A stretch of 64,000 nucleotides of DNA, taken from positions 773 through 64,772 of the forward strand of contig CAWIFB010000014.1 in the NCBI GenBank assembly GCA_963835335.1, in the 5' to 3' direction. Shown piece by piece: positions 49,341 through 58,573 of this stretch; the first letter of the stretch is position 1; every line of letters starts with the position of its first letter. The translations under genes were made by a program, and so were the position numbers. This DNA is from an uncultured Chloroflexia bacterium (GTDB taxonomy: Bacteria; Chloroflexota; Limnocylindria; Limnocylindrales; CSP1-4). The notes under the pieces were generated by a model that was not told the origin of the DNA, searched no databases, and saw only the letters and a list, made by a program, of their open reading frames with translations.

Positions 49341-50048
49341 TCAGTCGATCAGCGTCCCGCCGTTGATGTCCAGGATCTCGCCCGTGATGTAGCCGGCGTG
49401 CTCGGAGCACAGGAACGCGACGGCCGCCGCGACCTCGTCGGTCGTCCCCAGCCGGCCCACCGGCACCCGGTCGGCAAGCTCGCGGGTGCTCGCGATCACG
49501 TCGGTGTCGATGAGCGCCGGCGCGACGGCGTTGGCCGTGATGCCCTCACGGGCGAACTCGCTGGCGATCGACTTGGTCAGCGTCATCAGCCCCGCCTTCG
49601 ACGCCGCGAACGCGGCGGACCGTGCCCCGCCCGACTTGCCGGCCGCCGCGCCGACGGCCACGATCCGGCCGTACCCCAGCGAGCGCATGCCGGGGATCCC
49701 GCGGCGGAGCGTGAAGAACGCCCCGGTGAGGTTGATCGCCATGGTCCGCTCCCAGAGCTCCGTCGAGGTCTCGACGAACGGCCCGACCGGGAGGATCCCC
49801 GCATTGAGGACGAGCACGGAGACCGTGCCCAGCCGTGCCTCGACCTCGCTGAACGCGGCATCGACCGCGGCCTCGTCGCTCACGTCGCACTCGATTCCCA
49901 GGACGCCCTCGTGCTCGGGCGCGGTCAGGTCGAGCCCGGCCACGAGCGCGCCGTTCGCCGCGAGCACCTCGGCGATGCGCTTCCCGATCCCGCGCCCGGC
50001 GCCGGTCACGACCGCGACGCGGCCCGCGAGCCCTTCGACGTGGATCAA
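49341..50048 (-). CDS. SDR-family oxidoreductase (FabG-like)
   Basis: TTG start with AGGAGGG 5 nt upstream; VAVVTGAGRGIG, NAG, and catalytic S...YxxxK. Confidence 0.75.
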   Translation of the reverse strand: MIHVEGLAGRVAVVTGAGRGIGKRIAEVLAANGALVAGLDLTAPEHEGVLGIECDVSDEAAVDAAFSEVEARLGTVSVLVLNAGILPVGPFVETSTELWERTMAINLTGAFFTLRRGIPGMRSLGYGRIVAVGAAAGKSGGARSAAFAASKAGLMTLTKSIASEFAREGITANAVAPALIDTDVIASTRELADRVPVGRLGTTDEVAAAVAFLCSEHAGYITGEILDINGGTLID

Positions 50049-50163
50049 CGGACCCTCCTGGATGCGGCATGGATCGAACCGGGATGAAGTGGCGGCGGGG
50101 CAGCCGCCTCTGTCTACGGTAGATCCTCGGCCCGGCGCGTGCATCGGCCCGAGGCCGTGACGA

Positions 50164-51129
50164 TCAGATGATCGGGCCCGCGCCCTGCTCGATCACCGGC
50201 TCCAGCTCCGGATCCGAGCGTACCTGGAGCACCAGCGCGCCGGCCAGGACGAGCACGCCGCCCAGGGCCTGGGTCGGGGTCAGCGCCTCGCCCAGCAGCA
50301 TCCCCGCCAGGAGCACGCCCACCACCGGCTCCCACAGCATCAGGATCCCGGTCCGGGTGCCGCCGATCGAGCGGACCGCGGTAAGGAACAGCAGCGATGA
50401 GATGCCCGCCGCGACGATGCCGGCGAGCAGCAGCACGGGCCACGGATCAGGGGACCGGAACGGAGCCGCCAGGCCGTCCGCCTGGCCGACGATGAGCGCC
50501 AGCAGCGCCCCGCCGACGGCAGACGTGACCAGGATGAGCAGGGTGGCGGCATCGGCGGGGACGGTGCGGTACCCGTGCCGGCTGATCGTCACGAACACGA
50601 CCTGGCTGGCGGCGGCCGAGAGCCCCAGCAGGATGCCCAGGAGGTCGACGGCGATCCCCGCCGAGGTGTCCATGCCACCGGCCAGCACGAGGACCACGCC
50701 CACCGACGACAGGCCGAGCGCGCCGATCCGCGAGGCCGTCACCCGCTCCCGGCCGAGGACGACGTCCAGGAACGCGACACCCGCCGGATACGTGTAGAAC
50801 ATCATCAGGGCGAGGGCGATCGGGATCCGCCCGAACGCCGTGAACATGGCCACGTTGAGCGTCAGGCCCATGAGCGCGGCGATCGCCAGCGTGAGCCGCC
50901 CACGGCCGCCGAGGCTCCGCAGCGCCGTGGCCGAGGTCCGGACGCGACCCCGCAGCACGATCAGGACCGCCAGGCACGCGACGCCCAGCACGGCGCGCCA
51001 CGCGGTGAACGCGACGCCGTCCACCCCGGCCTCCGCCGCGAACCGGGACAGGGGGCCAAGGGTCCCGAACATGGTGGCCCCGGCCACGGCGGCGGCGGTC
51101 CCGACGACGAATTCTCGATCGCGGCGCAT
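50164..51129 (-). CDS. EamA/DMT-family transporter
   Basis: 10 TM helices, two EamA repeats; start ATG 51129 (51174 is an alternative). Confidence 0.75.
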   Translation of the reverse strand: MRRDREFVVGTAAAVAGATMFGTLGPLSRFAAEAGVDGVAFTAWRAVLGVACLAVLIVLRGRVRTSATALRSLGGRGRLTLAIAALMGLTLNVAMFTAFGRIPIALALMMFYTYPAGVAFLDVVLGRERVTASRIGALGLSSVGVVLVLAGGMDTSAGIAVDLLGILLGLSAAASQVVFVTISRHGYRTVPADAATLLILVTSAVGGALLALIVGQADGLAAPFRSPDPWPVLLLAGIVAAGISSLLFLTAVRSIGGTRTGILMLWEPVVGVLLAGMLLGEALTPTQALGGVLVLAGALVLQVRSDPELEPVIEQGAGPII

Positions 51130-51159
51130 GGCGGCCCATGGTACCGGCGGGGCGGGATT

Positions 51160-51191
51160 GGCCGGCGGCGTCAATGGCCGGCGGCGTCAAG
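51160..51191. repeat. tandem 16-nt duplication TGGCCGGCGGCGTCAA x2 at the EamA 5' end
   Basis: Read directly. Confidence 0.6.
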
Positions 51192-51260
51192 GGTGCGGCC
51201 CGGTCCGGCCAATGCTGCCGCGGGTCAATGGGTCGGCCGCCCCCGGCGGGCGCCGCGGGC

Positions 51261-52262
51261 TCAGCGCTCGAGCAGCGTCCCCAGGCCGAGCGTCGCCGCG
51301 GCCGCCAGGATCGCGCCGCCGAACACGACGTCCGCGAGCCCGGTGCCGAGGTGCGTGACGACGACGCGCCCGCCCGGCCGTGCCGTCCCGGCCGCCAGCG
51401 CCTCGCCGATCATCGCCGTGGGGTCTGGGTAGCCGTCGAAGTTGCCCGCGTCCCGGTTGGCCAGGAACTGCTCGGTGTGGTCGACCAGGAACAGGCTTGC
51501 GTCGCGGGCGACCTCCGCCGAGCAGTACGTCGCGTAGTCGACCGGTACGACCAGCGCCTCGGGCGCGAGCCAGGCGTTGGTCATCACCTGGCGCTCGGGC
51601 GGGGCCACAAACGAGGCGGCGGTCACCACGACGTCGGCGCCCTCGACCGCGTCCCGCGCGGACGCGGCGACCTGCGCGGCCTCGATCCCCGGCGTGCCCC
51701 GCGCCATCACGGCCAGCGCGGTCGCGCGATCCGGATCCCGGTCGAACACCGACAGCTCCACCCCGGGCAGGACGTGCCCCAGCACCGGGACATGGCTGGT
51801 GCCCTGCACCCCGGCGCCGATCAGCGCGACCCTCGGCGCCCGTCCGACGACCGCCGGCGCAAACGCCCGGATCGCGACGCCCGACACGGCCGCGGTCCGC
51901 TGCGCCGTGATCGGCCCGGCGTCGAGGATCGCCGTGGGAACGCCGGTCTGAGGACCGTTGAGCAGCAGCAGCCCGTGGATCGCCGGCAGCCCCAGCGCGC
52001 CGTTGGTCGCGAACCCGAGCACCCACTTCATGCCCAGCTGGTCACCTGAGCCATCCGCCCGCTGGCCCGGGAGGAATGCCGGCATCGCGTGCGCGAAGGC
52101 GCCGGTCGGGCGGGGGTGCACGCCGATCTTGGGTGGCAGGTCGGCGGGTCCGGCCAGGCCGCGCAGCACGGTTTCTGCGAGCACGAGCCGTTCGGGCAGT
52201 GGCGGCATCGCCGCCGTCACGTCGGCCGAGGACAGGTAGCGAAGCGGCGGCAGGGTGCTCAT
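51261..52262 (-). CDS. ornithine cyclodeaminase / mu-crystallin family protein
   Basis: Start MSTLPPLRYLSSADV (Met42 of the listed ORF); Rossmann motif VALIGAGVQG. Confidence 0.75.
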   Translation of the reverse strand: MSTLPPLRYLSSADVTAAMPPLPERLVLAETVLRGLAGPADLPPKIGVHPRPTGAFAHAMPAFLPGQRADGSGDQLGMKWVLGFATNGALGLPAIHGLLLLNGPQTGVPTAILDAGPITAQRTAAVSGVAIRAFAPAVVGRAPRVALIGAGVQGTSHVPVLGHVLPGVELSVFDRDPDRATALAVMARGTPGIEAAQVAASARDAVEGADVVVTAASFVAPPERQVMTNAWLAPEALVVPVDYATYCSAEVARDASLFLVDHTEQFLANRDAGNFDGYPDPTAMIGEALAAGTARPGGRVVVTHLGTGLADVVFGGAILAAAATLGLGTLLER

Positions 52263-52337
52263 GGCTGCCGAGTGTAGGCGCCGCAGCCGACGGCGCCCAT
52301 CCCGCGGGAAACCCCCGCGGTCCGGCGCCGGGGCGCT

Positions 52338-52415
52338 CCGCGTGACTGGCCCGCGGTCCGGGCCGCGGCCCGGCGACGTGCGCACCGCGTGACGGGCCTG
52401 CGCTCCGCGTCACGC
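52338..52415. promoter_or_regulatory. three copies of a CCGCGTGAC motif (two direct, one inverted) in the divergent region between the cyclodeaminase and the ferritin-VIT gene
   Basis: GCTCCGCGTGAC, CACCGCGTGAC and GCTCCGCGTCACGC read directly. Confidence 0.35.
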
Positions 52416-52455
52416 ACGCGCCCCGCTTCGGGGCAAGGTTGGGTACCTTGAGAGT

Positions 52456-53658
52456 GTGAACATCGCGCAGAGCCTGGAAAACCTCAAGCTCGAGCAGGAC
52501 GCCGTCGTCCTGTACGACGCGCTCGCGACCATCGAGAAGGACGGTCGCCGTGCGGCCGCCTTCCGCCAGATTGCGCGCAATGAGCGGCGGCACGCCGAGA
52601 TCTGGGCCAACCGCCTCACCGAGCTCGGGGCGACCGTGCCTCCCGCGGGCCGCCCCCGTGCCCGGATCCGGCTGATCATCCTGCTCGCGCGGGCGTTCGG
52701 CACACGCGCGGTCTCCGACCTGGTCAAGGCCCTGGAAGGCGACGAGGAGGCGGTCTACGCGGACCAGGCGCAGGCGCCGGAGATCGAGGCGATCGCCGCC
52801 GACGAACGCGAGCACGCCGAGATCTGGAAGCGGCTCGACGAGCAGAAGCAGACCGGCAACGGGCGGCGACAGCGTGCCACCAGGGCCACGGAGGTCGTGC
52901 GCTCGATGGAACACCCGACCGTCGACGCGGATTCGCCCGACGCGGCCGACGACATCGCAAGCGGGGAGCGATGGCATCGCAGCGCCCGCTCGGGGACCCT
53001 CCGGGCCAGCATCTTCGGCGTCTCGGACGGCCTGGTGTCCAACCTGTCGCTGGTGATGGGTGTGGCCGGCGCCTCCGGGCAGGGTGGGTTCATCCTCCTG
53101 GCGGGGATCGCGGGGCTGCTGGCGGGTGCCTTCAGCATGGCGGCCGGCGAGTACATCTCGATGCAGAGCCAGCGGGAGCTGTTCGAGCGCCAGATCGAGC
53201 TGGAGCGCGCGGAGCTCGAGGCCATGCCCCACGAGGAGCAGAAGGAGCTGGCGGCGCTGTACGTGGCCAAGGGCTTCCCGCGGGACGAGGCGGAGCACGT
53301 CGCGGCACGGATGTTCGAGGATCCCGACACCGCGCTCGACGCGCTCATCCGGGAGGAGCTGGGCCTCGATCCAGACGAGCTGGGTTCGCCCTGGGGCGCG
53401 GCCGCAGGCTCGTTCCTGGCGTTCTGCGCCGGCGCGAGCGTTCCGGTGATCCCGTACCTGTTCGGTGGCGGCGCCGTGATCTTCGGCGTGAGCTTCGGGA
53501 TCAGCCTGGTCGCACTGTTCGGCGTCGGGGCGGCCGTGAGCCTGCTGACGGGTCGCAGCCTCCTGTTCTCGGGCTTCCGCCAGCTGGGGCTCGGCGCCGC
53601 TGCGGCTGCGGTGACGTACACCGTGGGCAGCATCATCGGGGTCGGCGTCGCAGGGTGA
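52456..53658 (+). CDS. MbfA-like membrane-bound ferritin: N-terminal erythrin/ferritin-like domain fused to a VIT1/CCC1 iron transporter domain
   Basis: GTG start; ferritin-like ExxH pairs (ERRHAEIW, EREHAEIW) then a VIT1 region with five TM helices. Confidence 0.7.
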   Translation: MNIAQSLENLKLEQDAVVLYDALATIEKDGRRAAAFRQIARNERRHAEIWANRLTELGATVPPAGRPRARIRLIILLARAFGTRAVSDLVKALEGDEEAVYADQAQAPEIEAIAADEREHAEIWKRLDEQKQTGNGRRQRATRATEVVRSMEHPTVDADSPDAADDIASGERWHRSARSGTLRASIFGVSDGLVSNLSLVMGVAGASGQGGFILLAGIAGLLAGAFSMAAGEYISMQSQRELFERQIELERAELEAMPHEEQKELAALYVAKGFPRDEAEHVAARMFEDPDTALDALIREELGLDPDELGSPWGAAAGSFLAFCAGASVPVIPYLFGGGAVIFGVSFGISLVALFGVGAAVSLLTGRSLLFSGFRQLGLGAAAAAVTYTVGSIIGVGVAG

Positions 53659-53677
53659 GCGACCACCGCCCGGCCCG

Positions 53678-53995
53678 ATGATCGGCGAGGATCTCGCCGG
53701 CCGGCTGCGGGCGGAGGGCCTCGCCCCGGGCGCCTGGTCGAACGGTCCGGGTGACCGCTACTCGGCCCATGCGCACGACTACGACAAGGTGCTGGTGTGC
53801 TCGGCCGGATCGATCCGGTTCGGCCTTCCGGGCCGCGGCGACGCGGTCACCCTCGACGTCGGCGACCGGCTGGAGCTGCCGGCGGGGACGACCCACGATG
53901 CGCTGGTCGGCGCCGACGGCGTGACGTGCCTCGAGGCACACCTGTCCGCGGGCCGGCTCGCGCGGCTGCGGCGCATCCCGGCGGGGGACTGGTAG
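53678..53995 (+). CDS. cupin-domain protein
   Basis: 105 aa; cupin His motifs (YSAHAHDYDKVLVC; GTTHDA). Confidence 0.65.
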   Translation: MIGEDLAGRLRAEGLAPGAWSNGPGDRYSAHAHDYDKVLVCSAGSIRFGLPGRGDAVTLDVGDRLELPAGTTHDALVGADGVTCLEAHLSAGRLARLRRIPAGDW

Positions 53996-54065
53996 GGACG
54001 GCCGGGGGCGTGGCGCGGACGGCCGGGCGATGCCCCGGACAACGGCGATGCGCCGGACACGGCGA

Positions 54066-54097
54066 CGCCCCGGCCGAGACCGGGGCGTTCGTGGGTT
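54066..54097 (+). terminator. hairpin cgccccgg-ccgaga-ccggggcg followed by ttcgtgggtt, after the cupin gene
   Basis: 8-bp perfect stem and a T-rich tail. Confidence 0.5.
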
Positions 54098-54115
54098 ACG
54101 CTGGGAGCCGCGTGA

Positions 54116-54256
54116 TCAGTGGCGGCCGAGAGCTGCCCAGAGGAAGGGATTGTCGTGCGGGTCGTTATAGCCTCGCGGCTCCTCGGCGCTCAGCACGATG
54201 CTGATCATCGAGAACAGCGCGAGGAGCGCGAATACGGCAACGATGACCATCTTCAT
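54116..54256 (-). CDS. small hydrophobic protein, 46 aa (MKMVIVAVFALLALFSMISIVLSAEEPRGYNDPHDNPFLWAALGRH)
   Basis: Good RBS GAAAGGTG 6 nt upstream; single TM helix; GC3 is lower than neighbours. Confidence 0.35.
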   Translation of the reverse strand: MKMVIVAVFALLALFSMISIVLSAEEPRGYNDPHDNPFLWAALGRH

Positions 54257-54403
54257 GCACCTTTCGCTGCGAGGATTGCCGCGGACCTTCGGGGTCCCGC
54301 CGGTCTGTTCCGGCGGGGTCGGCATCCAGATGCCCCTTGTGTCACCGAGTATACCTATGAATCGTAGGCTCAGCAACCACATCGCCTAACGAATAGGTAC
54401 CAG

Positions 54404-54913
54404 ATGAGCCAGAACGACCATCTCAGCAAGACCGATGCGCGACTCCTGACCATCCTGCAGTCGGATGGCCGCCGGTCGTACGCGGACCTCGGCACGGACC
54501 TGGGCATGGCGGGGCCGTCCGCGCACGAACGGGTCAAGAAGCTCGAGGCACGGGGCGTGATCCGCGGGTACGCCGCGCGTGTGGATCCACCGGCCGTCGG
54601 CTTCATCGTGCTTGCGTACACGTGGGTCACCCAGGCACCGGGGACGATCGCGACCGACCTCACGGCCGACTTCGCCGAGATCCCGGAGATCGAGGAGTGC
54701 CATCACATCGCGGGCGAAGCAGACTACCTGCTCAAGATCCGGGCGCGCGACATGGATCACCTCGAGCGGGTGGTGCGGGCGGTCCAGACCACCCGCCACG
54801 TGTTCTCGACGGAGACCGACGTGGTGTTCACGACCGGGTTCGAGGGCCGGCCGTTGCCGCTCACCGAGGCGGACGACGATGCGCCCGAAACCGCCAGCGA
54901 CAGGATGACGTAA
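54404..54913 (+). CDS. Lrp/AsnC-family transcriptional regulator
   Basis: HTH (RSYADLGTDLGMAGPSAHERVKKLEARGVIRGY) and a RAM domain. Confidence 0.85.
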   Translation: MSQNDHLSKTDARLLTILQSDGRRSYADLGTDLGMAGPSAHERVKKLEARGVIRGYAARVDPPAVGFIVLAYTWVTQAPGTIATDLTADFAEIPEIEECHHIAGEADYLLKIRARDMDHLERVVRAVQTTRHVFSTETDVVFTTGFEGRPLPLTEADDDAPETASDRMT

Positions 54914-54916
54914 GGG

Positions 54917-55594
54917 ATGTCGGAGCGCCGGGTGGACGTGGCCGATGAGGTCGCGCTCGTCCAGGCTGTGGCTACCGGCTCGGAGGAGGCCCTCGCGGCG
55001 CTCTATGACCGCCATGCCGGCGGCATCCACGCCGTTGCGCTTCGGCTCACACGCGATCGGCAGATCGCCGAGGAGGTCGTGCAGGAGACATTCCTCGCCC
55101 TTTGGAACCGGGCCGAGCTGTTCGACCCCGGGGTGGGCTCGCTGGCCACCTGGCTTCGGGCCATCGCCCGCAATCGCACGGTCGACCGCCTTCGTGCGGC
55201 GGGTCGCCGGCCGCCGCTCGTGTCGCTGCCCGGGTACGCAGATGCGGACGACGCCGACGCCGGTTTCGAGCGCCTGTCGCCCGATGCCGTGGTGCTCGGA
55301 GGGGCGGCACCCCAGCCAGGCCCGGAGGCGGCCGCGGAGGCTGCCGCGGTCAGGGTCGCCATCGACACGGCGCTCGCCGGGATGACGGAGCTCGAACGAG
55401 GCGTCATCCTGCTGGCGTATCGCGACGGGCTCACCCAGTCCGAGATCTCCGAGCGGCTCGGCTGGCCGCTGGGCACGGTGAAGACGCGAACGCGCCGCGC
55501 GCTGGCACACCTGCGAGCGGCATTGGAAGGGGATGACGGTCCGATCGGGTCGGGCTCGCCATCTCGCGGGATGGATGGTCATGGAACACGCTGA
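54917..55594 (+). CDS. ECF sigma factor
   Basis: Region 2 (VQETFLALWNRAELFD) and region 4 (LTQSEISERLGWPLGTVKTRTRRA). Confidence 0.8.
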   Translation: MSERRVDVADEVALVQAVATGSEEALAALYDRHAGGIHAVALRLTRDRQIAEEVVQETFLALWNRAELFDPGVGSLATWLRAIARNRTVDRLRAAGRRPPLVSLPGYADADDADAGFERLSPDAVVLGGAAPQPGPEAAAEAAAVRVAIDTALAGMTELERGVILLAYRDGLTQSEISERLGWPLGTVKTRTRRALAHLRAALEGDDGPIGSGSPSRGMDGHGTR

Positions 55595-56420
55595 GGCGCT
55601 GGAGCGCATCGAGATCGCGGCGGTCGAGCCGGATGGCCTCGAGCGGCTGATGGCGGGCGATACGCCCGACGCGGCCGCGGTCGCCGGTCACCTTGCGGGC
55701 TGCCCGTCGTGCACGGCCGAGCTGGGCAGGATCGGCCGGACCGCGGCGATCGCCCGCGAGGTCATCGCCGAGCAGCCGGATCCCGCGCTTCGCGAACGGA
55801 CGCTGGCGTTCGTCCGGACCGTCGGACGCGAACGGCCCGGAGCCGCCGTGCCGGTGGCCGACGCCCTGCCGGACGCGCCCGTGGCTCTGCCTGTGGCGGG
55901 TGCCCGGTCCCGGACCAGCCGACGCCCCGTGCGGCTCGCGTGGGTCGCCGGCATCGCGGCGGCGCTGATCGCCGCCGTTGCGATCGGGTTCGCCGCGGGC
56001 GGCGCGTTCCAGGGTGACTCGATCGCGAGCCGCGATGGCCAGATCGCCGTGCTCCGCCAGGCGACGACCGTGACGATGCGGATCGAATCCCAGCCGGATG
56101 CCCGCTCCGTGTCGCTCGCCGCGACCACGGGCGCCAGCGGTGCCGCGGGTGCGCTTGCCTTCTCGCCTGCGACCGGCGACCTGGTGGTGATCGCGACCGG
56201 ACTTCCGGCTGAGGGTGCGGGACAGGAGTACGGCTGCTGGGTGGAGGTCAACGGCGAGCGACGGCGCCTGGGCCGCATGTACTGGGGCGGGGACGTCGCC
56301 TCCTGGGCGGGATCGGCAGCCGGGCTCGCAGATCTCCCGGCGGGCACCGTGTTCGGCGTGTCGCTTGGACCGGCGGGTGGCGGTGCCGACGCGACGCCCG
56401 TGCTGACCGGCCGTCTCTGA
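55575..56420 (+). CDS. anti-sigma factor (zinc-finger type, RskA-like) with TM segment and extracytoplasmic domain
   Basis: Overlaps the sigma gene by 20 nt; HLAGCPSCTAE zinc motif; TM segment LAWVAGIAAALIAAVAIGF. Confidence 0.7.
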   Translation: MVMEHAEALERIEIAAVEPDGLERLMAGDTPDAAAVAGHLAGCPSCTAELGRIGRTAAIAREVIAEQPDPALRERTLAFVRTVGRERPGAAVPVADALPDAPVALPVAGARSRTSRRPVRLAWVAGIAAALIAAVAIGFAAGGAFQGDSIASRDGQIAVLRQATTVTMRIESQPDARSVSLAATTGASGAAGALAFSPATGDLVVIATGLPAEGAGQEYGCWVEVNGERRRLGRMYWGGDVASWAGSAAGLADLPAGTVFGVSLGPAGGGADATPVLTGRL

Positions 56421-56486
56421 GGGTCCGGCCGACCGACCGTGCCGCGCACCGCGCTGCTCGCGTGCGCGCGTGCGTGCCGACATCGC

Positions 56487-56788
56487 CGGCACCTTGCCCG
56501 CGGCGCGGCGACTCACCCGGCGCGTCAATCCGGCTCCCGGAACAGGGGTTTCGGGCTCGATACGCATCTTCGTGGCCCGGATCCGCCAGGTTGACCCTGC
56601 TGTTGACGCATCCCATGAGTCACGGCGGGACGGGCCTGGCACCTTGCCCGCGGCGCGGCGACTCAGACGGCGCGTCAATCCGGCTCCCGGAACAGGGGTT
56701 TCGGGCTCGATACGCGTCCATGGGGCCTGGATCCGCCAGGCTGACCTTGCTCTTGACGCATCCCATGAGTCACGGCGGGACGGGCCCC
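56487..56788. repeat. tandem duplication of a 150-bp structured element (2 copies, about 93% identical) in a convergent intergenic region
   Basis: Units begin GGCACCTTGCCCGCGGCGCGGCGACTCA at about 56487 and 56637. Each has nested inverted repeats (GACTCA...TGAGTC and GCGTCAA...TTGACGC). Listed ORF 56462..57199 is a translation artefact of the repeat. Confidence 0.8.
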
Positions 56789-56801
56789 GGGACGAAGGCG
56801 G

Positions 56802-57239
56802 CTAGGCCGAGCCGTCGGGTCCCGGAGGCGCCCCGGGCCCAGGAGGCACGTCGCCCGGCGCAGGCGGGCCGGCCCGCAACGCAGGCTCATCGTCCGGTGT
56901 CGAGGCCGAGGCAGCGTCGTGGCCCGCCGTCGCAGGCACATCCGGCGCCGTCGAAATCACGACCGGAGCATCAGAAAGCGCGAGCTCGTCGGGGTCAACC
57001 AGGGTATCGGGCGGCGGGAAGCCGAGGTACCTGCGGTGTGCCCGGAGCACGTCGCGGGCGACCTCGCCGTCGACCGCCGGGAGCTGCAGCGAGCGGGCGA
57101 TCCAGGCCGCCTCCGCGGCAAGCTCCTCCTCGCCGACCTCCCGCTCGCGCCGGGTCGAGTCGGCCAGGACGAGCCAGGTCAGCGCGCCGCCGGCGATGAG
57201 GCCGACGATCAGCAGCCACCAGTTGAACTCGGCGCTCAC
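56802..57239 (-). CDS. hypothetical membrane-anchored protein
   Basis: GTG 57239 chosen (VSAEFNWWLLIVGLIAGGALTWLVLAD...) so the gene does not overlap divergent lgt; C-terminal Pro/Gly-rich tail; start uncertain. Confidence 0.4.
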   Translation of the reverse strand: MSAEFNWWLLIVGLIAGGALTWLVLADSTRREREVGEEELAAEAAWIARSLQLPAVDGEVARDVLRAHRRYLGFPPPDTLVDPDELALSDAPVVISTAPDVPATAGHDAASASTPDDEPALRAGPPAPGDVPPGPGAPPGPDGSA

Positions 57240-57417
57240 CGGGGTCTCGCAGGGCGGCAGGTCGGACAGGCGTGCATCGGGCCCGAGGATACTCGACCGG
57301 GGCGCCGTTCGCGATCGGGCTGCTGACGAGTGTGCCGGGCGTCGCCACCGGCGCGCCGGGCCCCGACCGGACCACCCGGCCCGCGGGCGACCCGATCGCG
57401 GGCTACACTGCGCCGAC

Positions 57418-58482
57418 ATGCCCCCGATCTCGTTCGTCGTGTCCGTCCCGCTGGCCGCCCTGGTGTCGGTGCTGGCCATCATCTCGTGGACCCCCGAGCC
57501 GATCGCGATCCATCTCGGGCCCGTCCCGGTGTTCTGGTACGGGATCTGCTATGCGGCGGGCATCGCGGCCAGTTACGTGGTCATCACGCGCGAGGCGCGC
57601 CGCCGGGGCCTCGACGCCCGGCTCGTGGACAACGGGATCATCATCGTCGCCGTCGCGGCGCTGATCGGCGGCCGGATGTACCACGTCATCGACCAGTGGC
57701 GCCTGTACCAGGACGACCTGCTCAAGATCGTCCTGCCGCCATACACGGGCCTCGGCGTCTACGGCGGGATCTTCACCGGCGTGCTGGCGGCATGGTTCCT
57801 CACCCGGCGCTGGAAGCAGTCGTTCTGGCGATGGGCGGATGTCATCGCCCCCGGGCTGTTCGTGATGCAGGCGATCGGGCGCTGGGGCAACTTCTTCAAC
57901 CAGGAGCTGTACGGGCCGCCGACCAATGCGCCGTGGGGGATCGCGATCGACTGCGCGCATCGGGTCGCCGAGTTCCCGTGTGACGCATACCCGGCCGCCA
58001 CGACGGCGTTCCACCCGCTGTTCCTGTACGAGTCGCTGAGCGGCGTCCTCGGTGCGATCGCGCTGCTGTGGATCGCGCGACGGTACGGACGGCACATGCG
58101 CCCGGGGGACCTGCTGCTCATCTTCCTGATCTGGTACGCCGTGGTCCGGATGGCGCTGGAGACCCTGCGAACCGGAAACTGGACGTTCTTCGGGGTGCCG
58201 ACGGCGATCGTGATCTCGCTGCTCGCCATTGCCGGCTCGCTGATCGTGCTGGCGATCCGGCATCGGCCAGGCGCGGCGGATGCCGATCGATGGGGTGAAG
58301 CGCCCGAGCCCGAGGATGGCGAGGACTGGGTCGAGGTCGACGACGATGAAGCCGACGACGATGAAGCCGACGACGAATCCGACGAGGGCGACGACGATGG
58401 GGTCGACGACGAGGCCGACGACGGCGGAGACGGCGACGACGATGCCCCCGGCGCCGATGGACGAGCCGCAACCGACACCTGA
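57418..58482 (+). CDS. lgt: prolipoprotein diacylglyceryl transferase with an acidic C-terminal tail
   Basis: Lgt signature GRWGNFFNQELYG and the YESL region; about 80-aa D/E-rich tail encoded by triplet repeats. Confidence 0.85.
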   Translation: MPPISFVVSVPLAALVSVLAIISWTPEPIAIHLGPVPVFWYGICYAAGIAASYVVITREARRRGLDARLVDNGIIIVAVAALIGGRMYHVIDQWRLYQDDLLKIVLPPYTGLGVYGGIFTGVLAAWFLTRRWKQSFWRWADVIAPGLFVMQAIGRWGNFFNQELYGPPTNAPWGIAIDCAHRVAEFPCDAYPAATTAFHPLFLYESLSGVLGAIALLWIARRYGRHMRPGDLLLIFLIWYAVVRMALETLRTGNWTFFGVPTAIVISLLAIAGSLIVLAIRHRPGAADADRWGEAPEPEDGEDWVEVDDDEADDDEADDESDEGDDDGVDDEADDGGDGDDDAPGADGRAATDT

Positions 58483-58573
58483 CCCGCCGACGCCGGACCC
58501 GCCGGAACCCGGCCCGCCCGCGCCCGATGCCCGCAGGCGACGGCCGCCCCCGGCCCGGGTCGCTCCGGAGGCC

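Noticed and set aside
56487-56788. Possible CRISPR array
   Set aside because: Only two units, 150 bp each, directly abutting with no spacers and no cas genes nearby
56462-57199. ORF 56462..57199(+) with an internally repeated protein sequence
   Set aside because: The repeat in the translation simply mirrors the 150-bp DNA tandem duplication. There is no RBS and it overlaps the convergent gene
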